Assembly: GCF_009914755.1 (NCBI RefSeq)
Contig: NC_060940.1
Source: the human T2T-CHM13v2.0 reference genome, Homo sapiens
Length of the DNA: 64,000 bases
Strand: one strand, 5' to 3'
The translations under genes and the position numbers were made by a program. Positions within the stretch are counted from its first letter, which is position 1. Each line of letters opens with the position of its first letter. This document shows positions 1-13,000 of the stretch, in pieces. Below the pieces are notes generated by a model. That model did not search any database. It was not told the origin of the DNA and worked only from the letters and a program-made list of their open reading frames with translations.

Positions 1-303
1 GTGATCTGTGCCTTAAGGACATGCTCCTGCTGCAATTAACTAGCCCAACCCATTCCTTTAATTCAGCCCATCCCTTCATTTCCCATAAAGGATACTTTTA
101 GTTAATTTAATATCTATAGAAACAGTGCTAATATCTGGCTTGCTGTTAATAAACACTTGGGTAAATCTCTGTTCAGGGCTTTCAACTCTGAAGGCAGTGA
201 GATCCCTGATTTCCCATTTCACACCTCTATATTTCTGTGTGCCTGTCTTTAATTACTTTAGTGCCTCTGGGTTAGGGTCTCCCCAACAGAGCTGGTCTCA
301 GCA
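1..303 (+). mobile_element. 3' part of an ERVK-class LTR (MER9 / HERV-K9 HML-3-like), truncated by the window start; solo LTR or 3' LTR
   Basis: Non-satellite sequence with AATAAA at 148-153, followed by ...GGGTAAATCTCTGTTCAGGGCT...CTCTGAAGG...GGGTTAGGGTCTCCCCAACAGAGCTGGTCTCAGCA. It ends in the canonical LTR CA at 302-303 and matches my recollection of the MER9 3' terminus with CpG decay. Alpha satellite resumes at 304 with no TGG-type primer-binding site. The family call is from memory, not a search. Confidence 0.8.
148..153 (+). promoter_or_regulatory. LTR polyadenylation signal AATAAA
   Basis: AATAAA lies 150 bp upstream of the LTR terminal CA and downstream of a TATA-like TATCTATAGAAA (111-122). 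Confidence 0.55.
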
Positions 304-3300
304 ATTCACTTTCTCCCTATAGGCCTCAGAGGACTCTGAAATGTCCCTTCACAGATTCTCCAAAAAGTATTTTCAACATGCAGAAACATAAGAAAGATTT
401 ACCATTGTCATTTGAATCCACACATAACAAAGAAGTTTCACACATAGCTTCTTTGTAGTTTTTATTTGGGGATATTTTGTTTTTCCCTATAGGCCTCAAA
501 GGGATCCAAATGTCCCTTTACAGATTCTACAAAAAAAGTGTTTCCAACCTGCTGGATAAGAAGAAAAATTTAACTCAGTGAGATGAATCCACACATCACA
601 CAAAAGTTTCAGTAGGCCTCAATGGGCTCCCAAATGTCCCTTTGCTGATTCTCCAAGAAGAGTGTTTTCAACCTGCTGAATCAAAAGAAAACTTAAATTC
701 TGTCAGGTGAGTTCACAAACCACAAAGCCATTTCACAGATAGCTTCTTTCTAGTTTTTATTTGGAAATGTTTGGTTTCTCCCTATAGGCCTCAAAGGAAT
801 CCCAAATGTCCCTTTGCAGATTCTCCAAAAGGAGTATTTCCAACCTGTGGAATCATAAGAAAGATTTAATATTGCCAGTTGAATCCACACGTCAAAAAGA
901 AGTTTCACACATAGCTTCTTTGTAGCTTTTATCTTGGATATTCGATTTTTCCCTATAGGCCTCAAAGGGATCCAAATATCCCCTTGCAGATTCTACAAAA
1001 TAGGTTTTTCCAACCTGCTGAACAAGAAGAAAAAGTTATCTCTGTGAGATTAATCCACACATCTCAAAGCAGTTTCAGTAGGCTCCAATGGGCTCCCAAT
1101 GTCCCTTTGCAGATTCTACAAAAAGACTGTTTCCAACCTGCTGAATCAAAAGAAAGTTTTAACACTATGAAATGAATCCACGCATCACAAAGCTGTTTCA
1201 CAGATAGCTTCTTTCTAGTTTTTATCTGGGAATATTCCATTTTTTTGCATAGGCCTCAATGGGCTTTCAAATGTCCCTTCGCAGATTCTCCAAAAAGAGT
1301 GTTTGCAACTTGCTGAATGAAAAGAAAACTTAAACTCTGTCACATGAGTTCACACAACACAAAGCAGTTTTACAGATAGCTTCTTTCTAGTTTTTTTCTG
1401 GAAATATTCGGTTTCTCCCTATAGGCCTCAAACGACTCCCAAATGTCCCTTCGCAGATTCTCCAAAAAAAGTATTTCCAACCTGTGGAATCATAAGAAAG
1501 ATTTAACATTGTCAGTTGAATCCACAAATCACAAAGAAGTTTCATACATACCTTCTTTGTAGTTTTTATCTGGTGATATTCAGTTTTTCCCCATACACCC
1601 CAAAGTGCTCCTGAATGTCCCATTTCATATTCTCCAAAAAGAATGTTTTCCACCCACTGAATCCAAAGAAAGAATTAACTCTGTAAGATGAATCCACACA
1701 TCAAAATGCAGTTTCACAGATAGCTTCCTTCTAGTTTTTATCTGGGGATATTCCGTTTTTACCCCAGGCATAAATGGGCTCACAAATGTCCCTTCACAGA
1801 TTCTACAAAAAGGATGTTTCCAACCTACTGAATAAAAAAAAAATTTACTGCTGTAAGTTAAATCCACACATTACAAGCAGTTTCACAGGTAGCTTCTCTC
1901 CAGTTTTATCTAAGGATATTCAATTTTTCCACATAGGCCTCATTGGACATTCAAGTGTCCCTTCGCAGATTCTGCAAAAAGAGTGTTTCCAACATGCTGA
2001 GTCAAAACAAAGGTTTAACTCTGTGAGATGAATCCATATATCACAAAGTAGTTTCACATATAGCTTCATTCTAGTTTTTATCTGGGGATATTCAGTTTTT
2101 CCAATTAGGCTTCAATTGGGTCCCAAATTTCTTTTCACAGATACTAAACAAAGGCTGTTTCCAAACTGTTGAAACAAAAGAAAGTTTTTTTCTCTGTGAG
2201 AAGAATCCACACATCACAAAGCAGTTTCATAGAGAGCTTCTATCTAATTTTCAATTGGGGATATTTGGTTTTTCCCCAGTGGCCTCAATGGGCTCCCAAA
2301 TGCTCCCTCACAGATTCTCCAAAAAGAGTGTTTCCATCCTACTGAATCAAAAGAAATATTTAAAATTGTGAGATGAATCCACACATCACAAAAATTTCGC
2401 AGATAGCTTCTTTCTAGTTTTTATCTGGGGATATTTGATATTTCCCCATAGGACCCAATGGGTGCTGAAATGTCCCTTCACAGATTCTATGATAAAAGTC
2501 TTCCCAAGCTGCTGAATCAAAAGAAAAGTTTAAGTCTCTGAGATGAGTCCACACATCACAAAGCAGTTTCCCAGACACCTTTTTTCTAGTTTTTATTGGG
2601 GGATATTCAGTTTTTCTTTAGTAGCCTCAATGAACTCCCAAATGTCTTTTCCAGATACTTCAAAAAGACTGTTTCCACCTGCTGAATCAAAAGAAAGGCT
2701 GAACTTTGTGAGATGAAATCAAACATCAGAAAGAAGTTTCACAGAAAGCTTCTTTGTAGTTTTTATCTTGGGATATTCTGTTTTTCCCCATAGGCCCTAA
2801 TGGGTTTCCAAATATCCCTTTGCAGGTTCTCCAAAAAGTGTGTTTCCAACGTGCCAAATCTAAGGAAAGGTTTAACTGTGAGATGAATCCACACATCACA
2901 AAGCAGTTTCACAGATAGTTTCTTTGGATTTTCTGTCTGCTGATATACTGTTTTTCCCCTTAGGCCCCAAGGGGTTCTTAAATGTCCCTTCACAGATTCT
3001 CCAAAAAGAGTGAGTCCAACGTGCTGAATCAAAAGAAAGGTTTAACTCTGTGAGATGATTTCAGACATCACAAAGTAGTTTCACAGGTAGATTATTTCTA
3101 GTTTTTATCGGGATATTCAGTTTTTCCCATTAGTCTTCAATTTGCTTCCAAATTTCAATTCACAGAATCTACAGAAAAAAGTGGTTCCAAACTGCTGAAT
3201 TAAAAGAAAGGTTTTTTTTCTCTGTGAGAAGAATCCACACATCACAAAGTAGTTTCATAGATAGCTGCATTGTAGTTTCTATTTGGGGATATCCGGTTTT

Positions 3301-6300
3301 TCCCCATAGGTCTACATGGGCTCCCAATTGTCCCATCGAAGATTCTCCAAAAAGAGTGTTTCCACCATGCTGAACCAAAAGAAATGTTTAACTTTGTGAG
3401 ATGAATCCCCACATCACAAAGCTGTTTTACAGATAACTCCTTTTATGTTTTTATCTGGTAATATTCTGTTTTTACCCATAGGCCTACAAAGGCCCCAAAA
3501 TGTCCCTTCACAGATACTACAAAATGAGTGTTTCCAGACTGCTGAATAAGAAGAAACATTTAACTCTCTAAGATGAATCCACACATCACAAAGCATTTTT
3601 GCAAATAGCTTGTTTCTAGTTTTTATCTAGGGATGTTCTGTTTTTACCCTGAGTCTCAATGGGCCCCCAAGTGTCACTTCACAGATTCTCCAAAAACAGT
3701 GTTTCCATCCTGCTTAAACAAAAGACAGTTTTAACACTGTGAGATGAAACCACACATCTCAAAGCCGTTTCACAGATAAATTCTTTCAAGTTTTTATCTG
3801 GGGATACTCTGTTTTTCACCAGAGGCCTCAGTGGGCTCACAAATGTCAGTTTTCAGATTCTCCAATTAGAGTGTTTCCAACCTACTGAATCAAAACAAAG
3901 GTTTAACTCTGTGAGCTGAATCCACACTTCACAAGGCAGTTTCACAGAGAGTTTCTTTCTAGTTTTTATCTGGGGATATTTGGTGCTTCTTAACAGGCCT
4001 CCATGGGCTTCCAAATGTACCTTTGCAGATTCTACAAAAGGAGGGCTTCCAACGTGCGAATAAGAAGAAAAATTTAACTCTGTGAGATAAATCAACATAT
4101 TACAAAGCAGTTTCACAGATAGCTTCTTTCTAGTTTTTATCTGGGGATATTCGCTTTTTCACTAGAGGCCTCAATGAGCTCCCAAAAGTCCCTTTGCTGA
4201 TTCTACAAAAAAATTGTTTCAAACCTGCAGCATCAAAATGATTGTTTAGCACTGTGAGATTAATCCACCCATCACAAAGCCATTTCACAAATAATAGCTT
4301 CTTTTTAGTTTTTATCTTGGTATATTCAGTTTTTCCTCATAGACCTCAATGGGTTATCATTTGTCCCTTTGCAGATTAACCAAAAGAGTGTTTCCAACCG
4401 CCTGAATCAAAAGAAAGTTTTAACTCTGTGGGTTAAATCCACACATCACAAAGTAGTATGACACAGAGCTTCTTCCTAGTTTTTATCAGGATATTCTGTT
4501 TTCCCCATAGGCCTCAATGGGCTCCCAAATGTCCCATCGCATATTTTCCAGGAAGTGCATTTACAGTCTGCTGAATCAAAAGAAAGATATAATGCTATGG
4601 GATGAATCCACACATCAGAAAGCAGATATCTTCTCTCTAGATTTTATCTGGAGATATTCTGTTTTCCTTCACAGGCCTAAATGGGCTTTCAAATGTCCCA
4701 TCACATATTTTCCAAAAAGAGTATTTCCAACCTGCAGAATCATAAGAAAATTTTAACTCCATGAGATGAATACACATCACAAAGCAGTTTCAGATAGCTT
4801 CTTTCGTTTTTCTATCTGGTGATATTCTATTTTTCTTTGTAGGCCACAATGGGCTCTGAAATGTGTCTTCACAGTTTCTCAAAAAGAGTGTTTTAATCCT
4901 GCTGAATCAAAAGAAAGGTTTAACACTGTGAGACGAATCCACCTATCACAAAGCTGTTTCACTAATAGCTTCTTTGTGGTTGTTATGTGGTGATATTCGA
5001 TTTTCCCCATAGGCCTTAAGGAACTCCAAAATGTCCCTTCACAGATTCTACAAAAAGAGTGTTTGCAACCCTCTGAACAAGAAGAAAACATTAACTCGTG
5101 AGATGCATCCACACATCACAATACTGTTTCACAGATACCTTGTTTTTAATTTTTATCTCTGATATTCAGTTTTTCCCCATAGGCTACAATGAACTCCAAA
5201 ATGTCCCTTCACAGATGCTCCAAAAGAATGCTTCCAACTTGCTGAATCAAAATGAAATTTTAAATCTGTGAATTGAATACACACATCACAAAGCCATTTC
5301 AGCCAGCATTTTTGTTCTCTTTTATCTGGGGATATTTGGTTTTTATTCCAAGGACCTCAGTGGGCTTCCAAATGTCCCTTTGCAGATTCTCCAAAAAGAG
5401 TGTTTCCAACATGCTGAATCAAAAGAAAAATTTAACTCTGTGAGATGAATCTACATATCACAAAGCATTTCACATAAAAATTCTTTGTAGTTTTTATCTG
5501 GGGATATTCAATTTATTTTCATAAGTTTCAAAAAACTTCCAAAAGTCCCATCACAGATTCTCCAAAAAGAGTTTTACCAAACTGTGGAATCATAAGAAAG
5601 GTTTAGCTCTGTAATCTGAATCCATGCATCACAAAGAAGTTTCACAGGTAGCTTATTTGTGTTTTTTTATCCAGGGATATCCTTTTTTTCCTGATAGGTC
5701 TCAAATGGCTCCCAAATGTGCCTTCATAGATTCTACAAAGAGAGTGTTTCCATCCTGCTGAATAAAACCTTCTTTCAATGTTTTATCTGGGAATATTCTG
5801 CTTTTTCATGTATGCCACAATGTGCTTGCTAATTTCTCTTTGAAGATTCTCCAAAAAAAAAGTGTTTCCAACCTGCAGAATCAAAAGAAAGTTTTAATGC
5901 TGTGAAATTAATCCACACATCACAAAGCTGTGTCACACATGGCTTCTTTCTAGTTTTTATCTGGGAATATTTGATTTTCCCCAATGTCCTCAAAGGGTTA
6001 CAATGTATTCCTTCACAGATTCCCCAAAAGAGTGTTTCCAACTTGCTGAATCAAAAGGAAGGTTTAACTGTCTGAGATAAATCCACACATCACAAAGTAG
6101 TTTCAGAGATAGCATCTTTATAGTTTTGATCTGGGAATATTCTGTTTTTCCCCAAAGGCCTCAATGGGCTCCCAAATATACCATCACATATTTTCCAAGA
6201 AGAGGGTTTCCAACCTGCTGAATCAAAGGAAAGGTTTAACTCTATGAGATGAATCCACACATCACAAAGCAGTTTCACAGATAGCTTCATTTGAGTATTT

Positions 6301-8800
6301 ATCTGGAGATATTTAGAGTTTCCCATAAGCCTCAAGGGGCTCTCAAATGTCCCATCACATGCTTTCCAAAAATGGTGTTTCCAACCTGTGGAATCAAAAG
6401 AAAGTTTTAATTCTGTGAAATAAATCCACACATCACAAAGCAGTTTCACAGATAGCTTCTTTCTAGTTTTTATCTGGGGATATTCGGTTTTTCCCACAGG
6501 CCTCAAAGGGCTCCCAAATGTCCCTTTCCAGATTTTCCAAAAACAGTGTTTCCAACCTGCTGAATAAGAAGAAAATCTCAACTTTCTGAGATGAATCCAC
6601 ACATCACACAGCAGTTTCACGGATAGCTTTTTGTTTGTTTTTAACTGAGGATATTTGATTTTTCCCCATAAGTCTAAATAGGCTCCTATATGTCCCTTTG
6701 CTGATTCTCCAATTAGAGTGCTCCCAACCTGCTGAATCAGAATAAAGGATTAAGTTTGTGAGATGAGTTGAAACCTCATAAAGCAGTTTCATGGATATCT
6801 CTTTTCCAGTTTTTTATCTGGAAATATTCAATTTTTCCCCTTAGTTTTCAATGGGTTCCCAAATGTCCTTTCACAGAATCTCCAAAAAGAGTGTTTCTAA
6901 CTTGCTGAATCAAAAGAACAGTTTAACTCTGTGAGATGAAGCTGCATGCCACAAATCGTTTCACAGATAGCTTCTTTGTAGTTTTCATCTGAGGATATTG
7001 TGAGGATATTCTGAGGGAGCCTAAATGGGCTCCTAATGTCACTTTGTTGATTCTCCAAAAAGAGTTTTTCCAACCTGCTAAATAAAAAAAAATGTTTAAC
7101 TCTGTGAGATGAATCCACACATCACAAAGCAGTTTCAGATATAGCTTCTGTCTGGTTTTTATCTGGGAATATTTATTTTTTCCCCATAGGCCTCAATGTG
7201 CTCCCAAATGTCCCTTTGCAGATTCTCAAAAAAGAGTGTTTCCAACCTTTTGAATCAAAAAAAGCTTTTGCTCTGTGAGATGAATCCACATATCACAAAA
7301 CAGTTTCACAGAGAGCTTCTTCCTAGCTTTATCTGGGGATATTAACTTATTTTCCATAGGCCTCCATGGGCTCCCAAATGTCCCATTGCAGATTCTCCAA
7401 AAAAGAGTATTTACAACCTGCTGGATCACAAGAGTTGTTTAACTCTTTGAGATGGATCCACACAACACAAAGCTTTTTCACAGATAGCTTTTTTCTAGTT
7501 TTCATGTGGGGATATTTTGTTTTTACATATAAGCCTCAATGGACACCATAATGTCCCTTCACAGAGTCTGAAAAAAGAGTGTTCCCAACCTGGTGGATCA
7601 AAATAAACGTTTCACTCTGTGAGATGAATTGACATATCACAAAGGAGTTTCACAGATAGCTTCTTTCTAGTTTTTATCTGGGGATATTCAGTTTTTCCCC
7701 ATAGGCCTCAATGGGCTCCCTAATTTCCCTTTACAGATCATCCAAAAAGAGTGTTTCCAACCTGCTGAATGAAAATAAAGTTTTAACTATGTGACCTGAA
7801 TCCACACATCACAAAGTTGTTTCACAGATAGCTTCTTTCATAACCCTCAATGGGCTCCCAAATGTCCTTTCAAAGATTCTAGAAAAACAGCGTTTTCAAC
7901 CTCATGAATAAAAAAAAGGTTTGACTCTGTGAGATGAATCCACACATCACAAAGCAGTTTCACAGACAACTTCTTTCTAGTTTTTATTTGAGGATATTTG
8001 GTTTTTCCCCATAGGCTGCAACAGGCTCCAAAATGTCATTTAGAAAATTCTTCAGTTAGACCATTTACAACCTGCTGAATCAAAAGAAAGGTTTAACTCT
8101 GTGAGATGAATCCACACATCACAAGGCAGTTTCACAGATAGTTTTTCTGGTTTTTATCTGGGGATATGCAGTTTTTCCCCATAGGCATCAATGGGCTTCC
8201 TAATGTGCCTTCACAGATTCTCCAAAAAAAGTGATTCCAACCTGCTGAGTCAAAACAAACGTTTAACTATGTGAGATGAACCCAAATATGACAAAGCAAT
8301 TTTACAGAGAGATTCTTCCTAGTTTTTATCTTGGGATATTTCGTTTTTTCTCATAGGCCTCAAGGGGCTTCCCAAAGTCTTTTCACTGATTCTCCAATTA
8401 GAGTGTTTCCAAACTGCTTAGTCAAAAGAAAAGTTTAAATCTGTGAGATGAATTGACTCATCACAAAGCACTTACACAGATAGCTTCTTTCTAATTGTTA
8501 TCTGGGTATATTCAGTTTTCCACATAGGCTTCAATGGGCTCCCAAGTGTCCTTTCACGTATTCTCCAAAACGAGTGTCTCCAAACAGCTGAATCCAAAGA
8601 AAGGTTTAACTCTGTGACATAAATCCACATATCACATAGCAGATTCACAGATAGATTATTTTTAATTTTTATCTGGGTGTATTCTTTTTTTCTGATAGAC
8701 CTCGAGGGGCTCCCAAATGTCCCTTTGCAGATTCTACAAAAAGTGCATTTCCAATCTGCTTAATCAAGAGAATTGTTAAACTGCATGAGATGAAGCCATA
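304..8800 (-). repeat. Alpha satellite stratum A (boundary approximate)
   Basis: Plus-strand diagnostic words are TTTTTCCCCATAGG, AATGGGCTCCC, TTCTCCAAAAAGAGTG, CCAACCTG and GAATCCAC. Confidence 0.7.
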
Positions 8801-11800
8801 CATCACAAAGCAGTTTCACAGATAACTTCTTTCTAGTTTTTATCTGGGGATATTCAGTTTGTCACCATAGGCCTCAATGCACTCCAAAATGTCCTTTTGC
8901 AGATGCTAAAAAAGGACTGTTTCCAACCTGCTGAATGAAAAAGAACGTTTAGTTCTGTAAGAAGAATCCACACATTGCAAAGCGGTTTCACAGAGAGCCT
9001 CTCTCTAGTTTTTATCTTTGGATACTTGCTTTTTCACCATAGGCCAAAAAGAGCTCCCAAATGTTTCCTCACAGATTCTACAAAAAGAGTGTTTTGAAAC
9101 TACTTAACCAAGAGGAAGTTTTAACTCTCTGAGATGAATCCACACGTCATAAAGCAGGTTAGCTTGTGGCTTATTTCTAGTTTTTATCTGGGGATATTGG
9201 CTTTTTCTCTATAAGCCTCGATGCGCTCACTAATGTCAATTTGCAGATTCTACAAAAAAAGTGTTTGCAAACTACTGAATCAACAGAAAAGCTTAACTCT
9301 GTGAGATGAATCCACACATCACAAAGCAGTTTCACAGATAGCTTCTTTTTAGTTTTTATCTTGCGATACTGGCTTTTTCACCATAAGCCTCTATGAGCCC
9401 CCAAATATCTCTTTGCAGATTCTACTCAAACAGTGTTTAAAAACTGCTGAATCAAAAAAATGGTTTATCTCTCTGAATTGAATCCACACATCACAAAGGG
9501 GTTTCACAGATATCTTCTTTCTAGTTTTTATATGGGGATATTTAGTTTGTCACCATAGGCCTCAGTGAGCTCCCAAATACCCCTTTGCAGATTCTACAAA
9601 AACAGTGTTTCCAAATTGCTGTATCAAAAGAAAGGTTTAACTCTGAGAGATGAATCCACACATCACAAAGCAGTTTCACAGATAACTTCTTTCTACTTTT
9701 TATTTGGAGTTATTTGGTTTATCACTGTAGCCCTCAATGTACTCCCTAATGTCCTTTTGCAGATACTAAAAAAGGACTGTTTCCAACCTGCTGAATTAAA
9801 AGAAAGGTTCCAGTCTGTGAGAAGAATCCACACATCTCTAAACAGTTTCACAGCTAACTTCTTTCTAGTTTTTATTTGGGGATATTCTCTTTTTCACCTT
9901 AGGCCTCAACAAGTTGCCAAATGTCTTTTCATGGATTCTAGAAAAGCAATGTTTCCAACCCGCTGATTCAGAAGAAAGTTTTACTTCTGTGAGATGAATC
10001 CACACGTCATGGAATAGTTTCACAGATGGCTTCTTTCTACTTTTCATCTTTGGATATTCAGTTTGTCACCATAGGCGTCAATGCACTATCAAATGTCCCT
10101 TTGTGGATTCTACAAAAGGACTGATCCCAACCTGCTGAATCAATAGAAAGGTTTACCTCTGTGAAATGAATCCACACATCACAAAGCAGTATGAGAGATT
10201 CTACAAAAGGGCTATTTCCATTCTGCTAAATCAAAAGAAAGGTTTAAATCTTTGAGACGAATCCACACATCACAGAGCAGCTTCACAGATAGCTTCTTTC
10301 TAGTTTTTATCTGGGGATATTCGGTTTGTCACCATAGCCCACAATGCACTCCCAAATGCTTCTTGGCAGATCCTACAAAAGGACTGTTTTTAACCTGCTG
10401 AATCAAAAGAAAGTATTAACTCTGTGAGACTAACGCACACACCATAAAACAGTTTCTCAGATGGCTTATTTCTAGTTTTTATCTTCTTCAAATAGAGTAT
10501 TTCCAAACTGCTGAATCAAAAGAAAGGTTTAACACTATGATATGCATCCACACATCACAAGGCAGTTTCACACAGAGCTTCCTTCTAGTTTTTATCTGGG
10601 TATATTTGCTTTTTCACCCTAGGCCTCAATGAGCTCCAAATTGTCCCTTCACAGATTCTATAACAACATTGTTTCCAAACCAAGGAATCAAAAGCAAGAT
10701 TTCTTTCTGTGAAATGAATCCATACACACAAAGCGTGTCACAAACAGCTTCTTTCTAGTTTTTATGTGGGGATATTTGGTTTGTTACACCAGGCCTCAAT
10801 GGCTCTGAAATGTCTCTTCTAAGATTCTACAAAAAGTCTGTTTCCAACCTGCTTAATCAAAACAAAGTTTTAACTCTGAGAAGAATCCACACATCACAAA
10901 GCAGTTTCACAAAGAAATTCTTTTTATTTTTTATCTGGAGATAATCACATTTTCAACATAGGCCTAAATGCATCTCAAAATATCCCTACAGAGATTTTTC
11001 AAAAAGAGTGTTTCCAAACTGCTGCATCAAAACAAAGTTTTAACACTCTGAGTTGAATCCACTCATCACAAAGTAGTTTCACAGTTAGCATCATTCTAGT
11101 TTTTATCTGGGGATATGCAGTTTATCACCACAGGTCAGAATGCACTCCCAATTTTCCTTTCACAGATTCTGCAAAAGGACTGTTTCTATCGTGCTGAATA
11201 AAAAAAAGTTTATTTCTGTGAGAAGAATGCACATATCACAAAGAAGTTTCACAGATAACTTCTTTCTACTTTTTACCTGGGGATATTCACAGTTTCACTA
11301 TAGGCCTCAATGTGCTCCTAAATTTCCCTTCACAGACTCTATACAAACAGTGTGTCCAAACTGCTGAATCAAAAGAAAAGTTTAATTCTGTGAGTTGAAT
11401 CCAAACATCACACAGCAGTTTCAGAGATAGCTTCCTTCCAGTTTTTGTCTGGATGTATTTTCTTTTACACCATAGGCCTCAATAAGCTCCCAAATGTCCC
11501 TTCGTGGATTCTATGCAAACAGTGTTTTCAAACTGCTAAAGGAAAAGAAAGTTTTAACTCTCTGAGTTGAATTCAAACATGACAAAGCAGTTTCACAGAT
11601 AGCTTCTTTTTAGTTTTTATCTCAGTATATTCTGTTTGCCACCATAGGCCTCAATGTGCTCCCAAATGTCACATCACAGATTCTACAAAAAGACTATTTT
11701 TAACCTGCTGAATCAAAAGAAAGTTTTAACCCTGTGAGAAGAATCCACAGATCACAAAGCAGTTTCACAGATAACTTCTTTCTAGTTTTTATCTGGAGTT

Positions 11801-13000
11801 ATTTGCTTCTTCACTAAAGGCCTCAATGAGCTCCAAAACATCCCTTCACAGTTTCTACAATAACAGTGTTCCAAACTGCTGAATGAAAAGAGAAGTTTAA
11901 CTTCCTGAGGTAAATCCACACATCACAAAGCAGTTTCACAGACAGCGTCTTTCTAGTTTTTATCTGGGGATATTCTATTTATCAACATAGGCCAGAATGC
12001 AGACTCAATTATCCCTTTGTAGATTCTACAAAAACAGTGTTTCCAAACTGCTGAATCAAAAAAAAAAGTTTAACCCTGTGAGATAAATCCACACTTCCCA
12101 AAGCAGTTTCACAGATAGCTTATTTCTAGTTTTTATCTGGGGATATTTGGTTTTACAACATAGGTGTCAATGAGCTCCCAAATGTCCCTTCGCAGACTCA
12201 ACCACAACAGTGTTTCAAAACTGCTGAATGAAAAAAAAAGGCTTAATTCTGTGAGATGAATTTACACATCACAAAGCAATTTAACAGATAGCTTCTTTCC
12301 AGTTTTATCTGGGGATGTTCTCTTCCACACCACAGGTCTGAATGCACTCTAAATGTCTCTTCCCAGAATCTACAAAAGGACTGTTTCCAACCTGCTGAAT
12401 CAAAAGAAAGGCTTAACTCTGTGAGATGAATCCATCTGTCACAAAGCAGTTTCACAAATAGCTTCTTTCTAGTTTTTATATGGAGATATTTGCTTTTTCA
12501 CAATAGGCCTCAATGCACTACGAAATCTCCCTTTGCAGATTCTTGAAAAAGACTGTTTCCAACCTACCGAATCAAAAAAAAGTTTAACTCTGTGAGATAA
12601 ATCCAGACATCATAAAGCAGTTTCACAGGTAGCTTCTTTCTAGTTTTTATCTGGGGATATTCAGTTTGTCACAATAGACCTCAACACACTCCAAAAATGT
12701 CCCTTCATAGATTCCCCAATAACACTTTTTCCAAACTGTTGAATCAAAAGAAAGGTTTAACTCTCTGAGATAAATCCACACATCACAAAGCAGCTTCACA
12801 GAAACTTCTTTCTAGTTTTTATCTTGAGATATCCAGTTTGTCAGTATAGTCCTCAATGCTCCCCAAAATAACCCTTCACAGATACTACAAAAGGACTGTT
12901 TCCAACATGCTGAATCAAAATGAAGTTTTAACTCTCTGAGATGAATCACACATAACAAAGCAGCTTAACAGATAGCTTCTTTCTAGTTTTCATCTGGGGA
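8800..13000 (-). repeat. Alpha satellite stratum B, two intermixed monomer types (boundaries approximate)
   Basis: GTTTGTCACC...AATGCACTCC...AAGGACTGTTTCCAACC monomers (AAGGACTG near 8911, 9772, 10117, 10379, 11175, 12377, 12891) are mixed with AATGAGCTCC...AAACAGTGTTTCCAAAC monomers. Confidence 0.65.

Noticed and set aside
125-322. 65-aa ORF
   Set aside because: It has a non-ATG start in LTR sequence, runs into satellite and shows no recognisable protein.
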